A stretch of 64,000 nt of DNA from Obrimoposthia wandeli (Eukaryota): positions 248,001-312,000 of the forward strand of contig CDROCS010001239.1 of assembly GCA_977020255.1 (NCBI GenBank). Reading direction: 5' to 3'. Positions 36,753-48,912 of this stretch are shown piece by piece. Every line of letters starts with the position of its first letter. The stretch's first letter is position 1. The translations under genes were made by a program, and so were the position numbers. The notes beneath the pieces were generated by a model that was not told where the DNA came from, ran no database searches, and worked only from the letters and a program-made list of their open reading frames with translations.

Positions 36753-37599
36753 GAGACTAAAAGTCTGTCCACCACCTGCAAGATGTCCTCTATCGTCCGA
36801 TTTGCTTCGCGTAAAGTAGCCAGCCTTTTCCGTGCTTTCGTCCGATTCCAGGTCGACTGATGCAGGGCTGTTGGTACTTATTTATTTCACAACACACCCC
36901 TTTAATTTGTTTACAACATATATATATATATATATTTAACCTTTACTATCTAAAGTTAACTTCCCACTATAAATATATGTATTATTTATTTTTATTTAAT
37001 TCTCCTTAATCTAACAGTAACATTATTTTTTATTTCATAAAATTTGTTTTTTCTTAAATTTTCCAACAAAGAAATCGTCATTTTCTTCTTAATTATCAGT
37101 GTATTACTAATTTAAAAAATTATCAATTAAAGTGGGTTGTTTATAGTTTAGAGAAAATATGTAAGAAAATATATTTTGTAACATTAATTCAATGGTGTAT
37201 TGATAATTCAAATTTCTCAATCCCAATATCATTACTTTACCACTGAAAAATATTTTTACTGAGCGGTGTAAACTTCAAATAGTTGAGTGCTGGGAAAATT
37301 TTTGCTTCAAACATGCATTCTTTCATTTTTTGTTTCCGTCAATTTTATAGAGATTTATTGATTTTCCGATATTGCCTAAACTGCGATTGATAATTAAATA
37401 AAAACTAACTTGAAGGACAAATAACAACTGTAAAATCATCAAACCTTTACACCTATTAACTCGGCTTACATTCATTGAATATTAAATGGGAAATATCATT
37501 TTCTATTCTTCCAATGTAATTTTATATTTACGAGTTTTATCAAACTAAAATAGTTTTTTTGTAATTTTTATATATGTATGCCGGAAAGTGGTTGAGTTG

Positions 37600-38990
37600 C
37601 TATTGGTCTATAACCCACGTAAAATCCCCTGTCGGCAAAAATTAACATCACCAACAGCATCCACACGGTGTTCGTTGACAAATGTCATGCCACTCCTGAT
37701 TCCCCCGCAAAAGAGATGGTACATCTCGGTATCCTGCACCAACACAACCGTAGATTTAGTAGCGCCAGCAGTTATGTCAGGCCGTAGCAGCGACTTGAAA
37801 GCCGATGCAAATGTAAGTCCTGGGAGAGAAATAAATAAGGAAAAATTTAACTAAATATAAAGAAAAATTTACTTAGTTAAAATTAATACCTGAAGAAATT
37901 ACTTTAAAGAGAATAATAATAAATATTTCATATCAAGAAGAAGTTGAGCCACTCCAATCCATCATCAGAGATCGCCTTTTTCTGGAAAACCGTGATTATA
38001 CGTTAAGCTTGAGATACACCAATATGTAGTCCCAAAGTGGCTGACACCCAGTCTTGATTCAAGCGCGCTGTGCAACCAAGTGGGCAGTAGGTTTGATGTT
38101 ATTATTCCAAATCGGCGAGAAGCTTGTAATTGCTCGAAGAGAAGTCTCTGAGATTGCCATTATATATGGGAAGAGACCCCTGCATTTTGCCAGATGAGGA
38201 GAAAATATTGCTGATGTTATTGGAGTTAAAGGCACATTCTCAACGAGTTTCTCCAGACTGTTGTTGAGAAATTGTAGTGAGTCGATGAATCTCATAGACT
38301 ATCGATATACACCATCAGAGACATGAATTTATCACTGGATTGCGAAATCAAAGTGCAGTCCCAATGCAAAAACCGGCTCAAGGCATGTTTCATGATATTA
38401 TGCATATCGTAGCCCCACAGTTGTGGAAAATAACTGGGAGACTACGACTCAACCGCCTACTGAGGTTACACTTGAAATGATCCACACCGAGAAACTCCCC
38501 CGTCATATGATCATGGTCACGTACCATTTTCGCGACTCGCTTCTTACACAAATAGCAGACTATAGCTGAGTTGAAGCTAACAATATATGCTGGCATAAGT
38601 GGGCGCATAACTTCGGCGGCATGGTTCCGATACCAAGGGAGCACGATCTCCTTCACCAGCTGCTCCAGTTTCTTCAAAATCTCGACAACACAAGACTCAT
38701 CAGTAAAAGTAGAGTACTCGTGCTAGAAAATGTAGGAATCCGCTAAGTCAGGAGAGAACAGCATACCCGCCATAATTGGAAGGTGAATTTGATGGTGAAT
38801 CCTGTGCGGTGGTAGTACTGCTTCGAAGTCGGCGTAGACAGCAAACGAAGGATAAATTGTCTAGCTGAAGTCTGTGAATTCACAGTACTTGTCTATAGGC
38901 ATCTGGTACAGAGTTGTATGCTCTGTATTCGAAGTGCAGAGGGGCGCATGCTTATTGAACGCCTCCACTCGTCGGAATGTGTGTATAAGT
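37600..38990 (-). pseudogene. pPolB remnant of a different, GC-richer Maverick family
   Basis: FAVYADFEA, RDHDHMTG...CNL, LPVIFHN, RFIDSLQFL..SLEKLV, G.FPY, EMY.LF..GIRSG. Confidence 0.85.
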
Positions 38991-39282
38991 TAAGCTGTTT
39001 TACTTTCTATAGGACATTCTTTCCTAGGAGCTAAAGGCAGATCATCTAATTTATTATGGAGGTGATTTGAGATACTTATATCTACTTCCAACAAATATGC
39101 ATAGCTACTACATATAAAGTCTACAGATGTGAGCTCAGAGATAATAGTTGCTAATAAACCATTTGAATATAGCCACTTTTATATATGTGCCTAGTTAATC
39201 TGGCCTAGAGCTAAGTCGGAGAAGTCTGCACTTTCTGATCAATTATGTGTCCACATTTTGTATTACTGATTTGTCCAAGTTA

Positions 39283-39990
39283 ATTGTTACGCTTCAATTG
39301 CCTAATACCGTGATTCCCTTTCCAGGTTTCCACTTATCTTTTGCAATATTTAATATATGTTTAAGAGTCTTTTTTAAGAATTGCATGAGATTTATCATAT
39401 CAAGTAAATTTAAAATTACATTTTATAAAATATGCCATAATTGTTGAAGATGTTCTAAAAGCCTTTCAGAAAATAATTCCGGCGATGTATAAATTCTGAG
39501 ATATTTTTACATACTTAAATTTGTTTTTAATGCATAAAGCATATCGTTGTCAATATGTCATTTGAAAAATAATTAGTTTTTTAAAGATATATTCTATATG
39601 CTATTAAAACTTAAATTAATTTGATTGGTTGAAATTTTAGAAATATATATTTATAACTTGATATTTTAAATTTGATGCTTTAAAACTTCTAGTTCTAACT
39701 TTTAAATTTTTATTTCTAAATCTCGATCTTCTTCTGTAGTTTTAAGATAATCGGTTTGCATTCTTTGAGCTTGTGCTTTCAAATCCACAGTAAAAGTAAA
39801 GTTAGAATAAAACTGTTTTGTTTAAAATCATACGGGCTACTATTCTATATATATATTAAAAAAGACAATATTAAACCAACGTGTATTATTATATACAATT
39901 CAAAAAATATATAACCATCTTGAAGGGAATCGGCGTTTGACTTGCGCTCAGAGGACCTGTCCTCAAAGATTACGAAGTCTGGTTTGAAGT
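39283..39990. repeat. Duplicated block; second copy at about 41347-41892 plus 43028-43200
   Basis: Direct high similarity; the second copy is split by H2. Confidence 0.85.
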
Positions 39991-40794
39991 TCAGTGTACA
40001 CCTTTCTTGCTTTTTACCTTGATGGTAGCTGTACATAGTTGGGAGAGCGGGTCGTGTTTCGGCTCCAAATCAGCTCAGTTCTGAGTACGTGGAATTCAGC
40101 GATAACGCTGTTTTGAGGTGTAAGTTAGTTCGGGACGGTGTGTTGATTAGCAGCAGTCGTGATTTGGTTGTCTGCGGATTTGTGGAGGCCAATTTTGGCG
40201 AGTGTAAGAAGTGACTACATTCCACTAGTTGCGGTCTGCTGAGTCTCACTTCCTATTGACAGTTGCAATGCTCCGAGAGTTCGATTCGGAAAGATGAAAA
40301 TAGGTGGGACTCATAGAGTGGAGCAAACCGAAGCGACGATAACCGGTAGGGCTTGGTCCGCTTCGGTTCACTCTAATCTGATACCGCGCCGAATTTAGAA
40401 TCACAATAAAAAGTTGGTCGATTTGTATTGACATTTATATCAATTGTCTGATGGCAACATAATTGGCCAATTAATTGAGCTATCTTCCTCTCTTCTGTGT
40501 TTTGATTTGGATTGCGGGGCTTGATGGAGCTTCCTGTGATTAGGATATAAGCAGTGGAATGTTTGCATAATTGCGGACTACATTTGACTGATATTGGAGC
40601 ATTATTTAAAAAGTTAATTCATCTCGATCATTCTAAATTAAAATGTACGATATTCAGTTTTATAGTTCTATTTCTTTTAGTTTTAATTTTTTCAAATATT
40701 TAATCATAAAATGATATAATCCTACAATCTACAGTAATTATTTTAGAAATATAAACTGTAAATAAAATTAAGCAGATTATATTTAAAACGTTAA

Positions 40795-41125
40795 AATCTT
40801 TCATCTCTTCTTGAAAAGTTACATCCACCTTTTCCTGGGGCCACGATCCTTGTTTGGATGCACGCTGTCCCCGTCCTCAAACGGCACTGTGAAGCATCCC
40901 TCCGCCAGACTTCGTCTATAGGCCTCCGCCAATGCTGGCTGAAGTAGTTTCTCGGATCGTGCCTGTCATCCTCTAAAAACCTCCACATATTTTCCCTCAA
41001 TTCGTGCGATTTAACTTTACTCTTACCATGTACTTCATCATTTTACTATAACATCATCTTACTACGTATTACAGTGGAAGAATTAACCACTGCTAACAAA
41101 ATCAAATACTATGAACCCTTTTACT
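40795..41125. repeat. Duplicated block matching about 32240-32620
   Basis: Near-identical GC-richer segment with small indels. Confidence 0.88.
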
Positions 41126-41892
41126 TTTAATTTACTTATCGTTTTCAGCTTATACGTCAAGGCTAATATTTGAAAATTGTGGGCCATGAAACGACGGCAA
41201 GGGGCGGGCAATAAAAATAGCAAAAAAGGCCCAACCTCCAGCAGCGACTTGTCCATGACAAAGCAGTGGAATGTTTGCATAATTGCGGACTACATTTGAC
41301 TGATATTGGAGCATTATTTAAAAAGTTAATTCATCTCAATCATCATATTACGCTTCAATTGCCTAATAACGTGATTCCCTTTCCAGGTTTCCACTTATCT
41401 TTTGCAATATTAAATATATGTTTAAGAGTCTTTTTTAAGAATTGCATGAGATTTATCATATCTCCTCTAACTCAAGTAAATTTAAAATTACATTTTTATA
41501 AAATATGCCATAATTGTTGAAGATGTCCAAAAAGCCTTTCAGAAAATAATTCCGGTGATGTATAAATTCTGAGATATTTTTACATACATAAATTTGTTTT
41601 TAAAGCATATCGTTGTCAATATGTCTTTTGAAAAATAATTAGTTTTTTAAAGATATTTTCTATATGCTATTAAAATATTTAAATTAATTTGATTGGTTGA
41701 AATTTTAGAAATATATAAATTTGATACTTTAAAACTTCTGGTTCTAACTTTTTAATTTTTATTTCTAAATCTTCATCTTCATCTGTAGTTTTAAGATAAT
41801 CGGTTTGTATTCTTTGAGCTTGTGCTTTCAAATCCTCAGTAAAAGTAAAGTTAGAATAAAACTGTTTTGTTTAAAATCATACGGGCTACTAT

Positions 41893-43027
41893 TGATCAGT
41901 ATTCAAAATGATATTTAGTTTCTGGTAATTGGGAAACCCATAAATAAATAGTGATAATATATTTTTCCAATAACAAGCAGGCAAAATTGTGTTTCAAAAT
42001 AATTGTGTCCCTACTACAAGTATTTCTACATATATACAGATTATGAACTGTTCCTGCAGCTAGACACACACAGGTAGAAAGATGATCAAGAGACTGTGTA
42101 TGAACACCACGATAAGGACACAGGTAAAATATAAGACAGTACATCAGCAGAATGTGTCTGACAAATAGAACGCCGATGGCAGCAGGGAAATCGAATGCAT
42201 ACTGTCTTATCATTATTCTTGACGGAGAAGGCTGTATTGCATGTTGTAGGTCATAATCAGATGCCAGCGCCATATCGCACTCTTTTCCATACTGGCCAAA
42301 TTGTCACACGCTTGCTCGGGGCTGCAGTTATATATCTGTGGTTGTGATAAATTGCTGAGTAGCGACACCGTACATAACAGCGCACAAGCATCCATCTGGA
42401 TCTGCAACACATTGATTGATTCCACATCCGTGGTCCTGATCTTGGAGAGCTCTATAATCATCTGCCTAATATCTTGTAGTTCGCCCTGGCCCGTCTCTTG
42501 CTGGAGAGCGCAGATGGTGTCCTTGTTTTGCTTCAGCTGCTTCTGTCAGATTCGAACAGTGACAGCGTTTTTGAGAGAAGAGAGAGGAGATGAACGAGAG
42601 GGAGAGAGAGAGAGATCTGGAAATTCCCGGCTCTGCACACATACACTGATGTGCAGCCGGGAATTTTCGCCGCCTGTTTGCATCTGGAGACAGCTTGCAT
42701 TCGGGGAAGGTAGTCCGGGAAGGCGTGGAAGATGGGTGGGTCTGCACAACCTGGGCGACTGTGTGCAGGTAAGTGCCCTTTATTTTTTATCTTTTATCTC
42801 TGACTTCGCGGGCATTTTGCCCACCGCGAAGCCAGAGATAAATCTGCCGTCCCCCTGACGAGCCCGGCAGGGCGAAACCGGTTAAGCCGGTCGGGGACTG
42901 AATCAACAAAACCAAATGCCAAAGTGCATCCCCATAATCACTTTAATCGCCCTCTAATTAAGGGAAACAATCAATTAACTCTCCCACAAAACAATCACAA
43001 TTAATTCAAAATTTCTCATTCCCAACA
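41893..43027 (+). mobile_element. LTR-like unit H2 with hammerhead ribozyme
   Basis: TGATCAG...CCCAACA flanked by CTAT/CTAT; the paralogous empty site near 39837 has a single CTAT. Confidence 0.85.
42849..42898 (+). ncRNA. Type I hammerhead ribozyme (perfect consensus)
   Basis: GTCCCC CTGACGA GCCC-ggca-GGGC GAAAC CGG-ttaag-CCG GTC GGGGAC; predicted cleavage after 42892. Confidence 0.95.
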
Positions 43028-43707
43028 CTATTCTATATATATATTGAAAAAGACAATATTAAACCAAAGTGTATTATTATATACAATACAAAAAATATAT
43101 ACACATCTTGAAGGGAATCAGCGTTTGACTTGCGCTCAGAAGACCTGTCCTCAAAGATTACGAAGTCTGGTTTGAAGTTCAGTGTACACTTTTCTTGTTT
43201 TTTCCTTGATTTGATACTACGTTCATTTTGGAGAAGAATACCCGAAGCCCGAGACCTTATTGGTTGTGCTCGTGGCCGAAGTTGACCAGTTACATACGTT
43301 GTGTCAAAGTAATCGAGGAGTGGAGCCGCTTATTCTGGGACTGAGTCTCTAAGGTGACTCATACCTCCAGTGAAATGATCTCTAGGATAAAAGGCAAGTG
43401 CATCTATTTTACCACAAAATAAACGAAAGTCATTATCAGTTGACTATAGCTGACTATATCTACTATTTCTATTTGGAGATTGATTAATTGGTCTGACAAC
43501 AAATGGGTGTAGGTCATTTATTTTTGTACTATTGGATTATCCGGTTACCATTTTCAATTTTTGTAATTTTTTATTTGTTAAACATAAACACTTCTAAAAG
43601 CATAAACATCCATCCTATATATACTCTGGCGGCCATAACTCTACAAGCAGCTTCAGAATCCACTCGAGCGGGTCTTCATTGCAATAATGAGGTGTTGAGC
43701 CAAACTA

Positions 43708-44035
43708 GATAAACAGTAAACATGACACAATGATAATAGAACTAAACCTTATTTTTGACATTGACATCTGCATCGTTATCCACCAGATATTTAACAATAT
43801 CATTGTTTTTGTTATATACTGCTACATATAGAGGTGTTTCACATTTCTAGATAAACGATAAACACGACACTATGAGAATAGAACCAAACCTTATTTTTGA
43901 CATTGAAATTGACATCTGCTCAATTTTCCACCAGATATTTAACAATATCATTGTTTTCGTTATTAACTGCTACATGTAGAGGTGTATCGCCGTTCTAGAT
44001 AAACGGTAAACACGACACAATGAGAATAGAATCAA
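43708..44035. repeat. ~145-bp tandem repeat, 2+ copies
   Basis: AGATAAAC...ACACAATGA.AATAGAA unit repeated. Confidence 0.85.
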
Positions 44036-46974
44036 ACACGAGCCGCCAAAACCACAGCAGCAGCCTCAACAACAACGGCAGTCCTCAGTGCCGCCACTAC
44101 CGCATGGCGCGTCTACTGAGGCCCTAGCAACCACTTATCCGTTGTCAGGGCTCTGGTGCCACACGTGCGCCATCTGGTGGAGGCCAGCGAGTACCGCTGC
44201 AGAAATCCGGTGGTTCCCCTTATCAGGATACACCACTCCGATGCGTACGTGACAATGTTCTCTAATCTGGGAAAAGTTTGATTTTAAATTGCCTTATTTT
44301 TCAATTTTATAAATATTTAGTTTCTGTTTAAAAATCAACTATTAAACTGAGTACATACTATGCATTTACCGTCTTAATTTTAATGACCGCGACTTTTAAA
44401 TATTGAAATCATATTAGGACCGTTAACTGCCCAGAATGTATTCAATTAAGCACTGGCTAAATTATATTCTATGCAAAGTGGAGGCAAAATTGATATCAAA
44501 TATTTAATTGTAAAATTTAGTTTTATATTAAAATAGAAATTGTCTATACCAGTTTGTGCTACGGTGTCAATTTTTTAAAAGAATCACTGGAGATTCCCCG
44601 AGCATTTAAATCAGTTGTGGGCAGGACACGGTTACCCTGCTGGCCGGGTGTTGCCACCGAGATTCTGCAGCTCTCAAGTGTTTCATGTGCAATCCATATC
44701 CCCCCACATTTCTGAACATGTGTTTGGACAATAAAATAAGAAAACTCTAATTTCAATAAATTTATGTTTGGGAAATGTTTGACGGCAAATGGAGGCAAAA
44801 CCACGGGGCACTGCATCCAGTAACATAAGTTAACATTCACAGGCACCTGATTTGTTCATATGTATTCACAAATCTAAACATTTCAACGCCAATTATGAAT
44901 TATGCAATAAAGCGTAAAGAAATCTTTGAATGTCACATGGGAATTTAATATAAATATGTAGGTGGAGGAAAGGAAACAAAGGGCAAAAGAACGAAAAGAT
45001 TTATTGATTAAGCAACATAGCAGATATAGACGCATGACCGGGAGATTAGTTTGAGCAAAATGTTAAGAAAAATCTGGAAGCTACAAAGAGAAATTATGTT
45101 GTTTCTGGATATGAAAGAAATTCTCGAATAGTACAGTCAATTGATGTATACATTATGGATATGACTTTGCTCTTCAGTTGATCAGTTTGGACACGTGAAC
45201 GATTTGAATGGTTAACTTCTCAAGGTGAAGGTTTTTTTGCACCTGCATTATACTCTGAAGTTGAAACTTTTCACGAGAAAGTTAACCTACTTTCACGGAA
45301 AATGAAAGAAACAAAGATTGGGTCTTCCAATAAGTATGAATCTATAAAAGCTGCACTTGAGCTTGAATTTGCATAATGTTTTAGAGATTTTCCGATTCTC
45401 GCCGGCCTGTTTGACATATTTATGTCTCCTTTCAATACCGTTTGGGAAAAAAGCTGTAAGTGCACTTCAGTTGGAGCTGAAAGAGTGGCAGTGTGACTCG
45501 TACCTGCAGGGTGATGAGTTTCGGCAATCAGAATGCATAATGCCAGGAAGTTTTATACCGCTCCCCGTATGTTTGCGAGCAGTCATATTTGATAATGAAT
45601 TTAAACAAGTTGAAGTTCCGCTCTTATTTAAGTGGAGTGCACTTACAGTCGCTGATGAGAATTGCGGCCGGACTTTGAAGAGCTGGCCAACAATTTCATT
45701 CGAGCACAGTTCCCTCACTTGGGGGTTCATTGAGAATATGAACAAGTAAATAATCAATTCAGCATCAAATCAATAAAGGAAAATCTCAAAAATTATCTCA
45801 TTAAATGATGTCTGAAATGAAGCAAGAATTTAGTGAAGAACGGTTTTGTGTTATCGAGCCAGCATTGTGAAAGTTGTTTCACGAGAAGCCATAACCAAAC
45901 ATAACCAAAAATATGTGGGGCATCTCCTCAAAAGGACACCAAAAGGATTTTGTTCCCATTGAAATCGCACTCGTGATAGATTTTCACATAATTTTGAATG
46001 TGACCTTTCATTTTAAGATTTTGTCTCCTCGAGGGACAGCAAATTCCGTAAGATATTTGCATGTTTTAAGTGAACATGGAAGGAATTCAAGTATATATAT
46101 TAGTTTTCCCAAGGTTTCCTTCATGCAAGTCCCGAAGTGAATGAAGAGTGGCAGAAAGGACAGCTGTAAATCTCACCTCAGTCAGCATAGGTTCACTCGC
46201 TTATTGGCAGGTCCTCTTGCGTCTGTGAGGATGGGTAGAGACTAGATTGAAGGGTATCCTGGGTTGATGATCCCGGATGCGAGCTTCAAAACAACTTATC
46301 TGGCAGTTGTGTGTACTATCTCTAGATCTGACACACACACCGGTGTCAGGCATCACACCCCAGTCGTAAACGAGTCCCGAAGTGCAGAAGGGAAAAACTG
46401 GGTGAAAGTAAATTGACGATCTGCCAGCCTTCTTCACTGTGATAGTACGAAGTATAACCTTCATGTTAAGCATTCACTAGGGAAAGGTTATGGATGTGGA
46501 CAGGGACATTATGTTTAAATATGTATTGATAAAGAATGTTTAGGTTTCATTGGACAATTTGCTATGGTAAAACTGTCGTTTTGTGCTATTTGAAAAGTTT
46601 CATGCAGTGAACTTCTAAATTGAGGTCCCCACATGACCTTGCAGTTCAGGACACAGGCAGCAGCACAACAGAAGATCCTCTGTTGCCAACACAAGTCGGT
46701 CTTCTGTTGCCGACAACAGCATTCTCTGCTCATCCTCGCTCTCCTCATGTCACTCTCTGTGGCAACACGCCCACTCACATAAAAGAAGCGCCAGTGTGTG
46801 AGGGCGCACTTTTGTCGGTGTTGCCCGACCGAGGTCCCGGAATTGACCCCCGGCCACGGAAAGAAGTGGAAGAGTAAGAGAACCTGAGAGCGCATAAATC
46901 GGTAAATGTCCACTAAATTTGGTTATGTTTGTGTTTAACTATTAAGGTTTTTCTCGGAAAACAAAATAGAGTTG

Positions 46975-47724
46975 TAGGGGGTTCCCATAAGTGATTGTGA
47001 CACAAATCTGTCAGACTCATCGAATTGGAAATACCGAGGGACAAATTAAAATATGTTAATTTCAACTATCAATTAAATGTATCATCGTGGTATTTCATAA
47101 ACCTTGTTTCATCCATTCTTCTATGGCGATCAATAAAGAAAATATTCCATGAAGAGTACAAAAGCATTTCATTTCTTTCATTGAAGAAAATATTCAGAAA
47201 ATGAGATTTAGCTTCAAGTCGTACTGTCGACCCTCGTTAATGCGTCGTCGTAGATTCTCATAAATTCAACGCATTTAAAACTTTACATTATACATGAAAA
47301 ACAATTATATACATATATTTTTTAACTCAAGTACGTATATTAAAAATTATCCAGGATTAACAAAGTCTGTTTCAATGCTGCAGCTGTCATTTAACCATTG
47401 AAGTGATGTAAGCTTCTTCCATGTTGGACTTGTCTTACCATCATTGATACTATAGTCTCATAGTTCCACGAATTCCGCTAAATTGTCTCACTACACAGGT
47501 AGAGAAGTGCAGATCAGATGGAGCGAGTCCCAAGGTCTTTAATCTCCATTACCCTGCAGAAAATGGGGATTAGAAATACTGACGCTATCAGTGTTTTGAC
47601 CCATTAACCAGGGTGACCCTCTACATATTTCTCTATATTGTCCATCTTTATTGTGTGAAATAAAAAGTCTATAGAAATATTATGGATGAAAAGTAATGCC
47701 ATACTGACTTATGGGACACCTGTA
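46975..47724 (-). mobile_element. Decayed Tc1/mariner element
   Basis: Imperfect TIR (GTCCCATAAGT / ACTTATGGGACACCTG-TA); internal LAPSD mariner-like motif. Confidence 0.4.
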
Positions 47725-48565
47725 TAAAGAATCGTTAATTAATTTGAATACGTTGGTTGAAGGAAAGGTTACTATGATCTTTCTTCGTGTTTTGCCGTGG
47801 GTTAAATCCGCGACCTTTGACAAACATTGTCTGACCTCGTGATTATCTCATTTCATTCATATTAAATAAACCTAACGACACAATTTGTATAGACCTGAAC
47901 TAATTCTGTATGTGTCTTCTTTATGTGTCTGCTGAATTTTCCTTCCTTTTTACTGTTTACACCAATATTCTTATAATGTACCTTTATGTATTGTGAAGGT
48001 TTGTGCTACACGTTTTATTGGATAAAAGTGATTTCAATGAGAAATATATTTTTGTGAACAAATTTATATATTAGTTTAACGGTAATCAAACATCGTCCCT
48101 ATAAGATAATTTATATTTAAATGTTGCGAAAACTAATGGTTTAATGGTCGTAAATATCTAACAAAATTTTAAAATATTTGGACTTTTGTGAGAGAATACA
48201 TTTTTTGATTATATGTAGAATCCTGAACTCGATTATGGCATTGGTCGGCAGTCAATGAAGCTTCATTAAATGGTCACTTGTATTATCACGTTTCTTTAAT
48301 ATAAAATATTCTAAAATATTTTTATAAGATTAATCCTTTTATATAGTTTGACTAACCTGATTATGTATATGAAGAAATTGAACCAATCCTTACTTTTAGA
48401 AATTACGTAGATTATTTGATTGCTCTTTTTTAGATGAAGAACTATGGAATATTTCAATACGACTTAATGGATTTTTATGTTGATGGAAAATACAACCTCT
48501 TTAGACTTTGAGTAAAGCTCATATGGTATTTTATATTTTAATACATATATCGAAATTAATTTTGT

Positions 48566-48880
48566 TTAATGAGTCCCCTCTTTTTTGCTCCTATAAATTA
48601 CGTCTACAAACGGATTTTTAAAAAATTCTTCATCTGTTACATTAACTTGGATATCAGTATTATATTTGAATACATTAATACTCAAGTTATTAAGGTGTTC
48701 AAATCTTGATATCGCAGTTAATTTAACAGGTAAATATATTCCATGATACTGCAATTCATTTAAAAATAGGATATATTTACTGACATGCTCTCTATGCTCA
48801 GTAATTACATCGGTTTTGGGGATGGCCAACACGCAATACAGAAAGCAAAGGTTATCTTTAACAATGGAACGTGAAAGTTG
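48566..48880 (-). pseudogene. pPolB N-terminal fragment
   Basis: DNLCFLYCVLA...SKY...LN...GI..PV.L..I..FE..N..SINVF; homologous to 6800-6890 and 16150-16360. Confidence 0.8.
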
Positions 48881-48912
48881 AAGAGATCTAGGTGAAGGAA
48901 TGTATGAACTCC

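Larger units (their letters stand above)
33947..37016 (-). mobile_element. LTR-like unit E enclosing a hepadnavirus-like RT cassette
   Basis: About 120 bp at the left and 100 bp at the right align to the ends of units B and C; flanked by GTAA/GTAA; the left TG is decayed. Confidence 0.72.

Noticed and set aside
40030-40370. Possible hammerhead or twister motifs (GCCGAAACACG; CCAAGCCC hairpin)
   Set aside because: No CTGANGA core and no twister pseudoknot partners could be placed.
44559-45757. Possible host exons
   Set aside because: No recognisable protein motif or consistent splice pattern.
45914-46974. Another LTR-like unit starting TGTGGGG
   Set aside because: The right end and TSD do not match cleanly and there is no intact ribozyme; unresolved.
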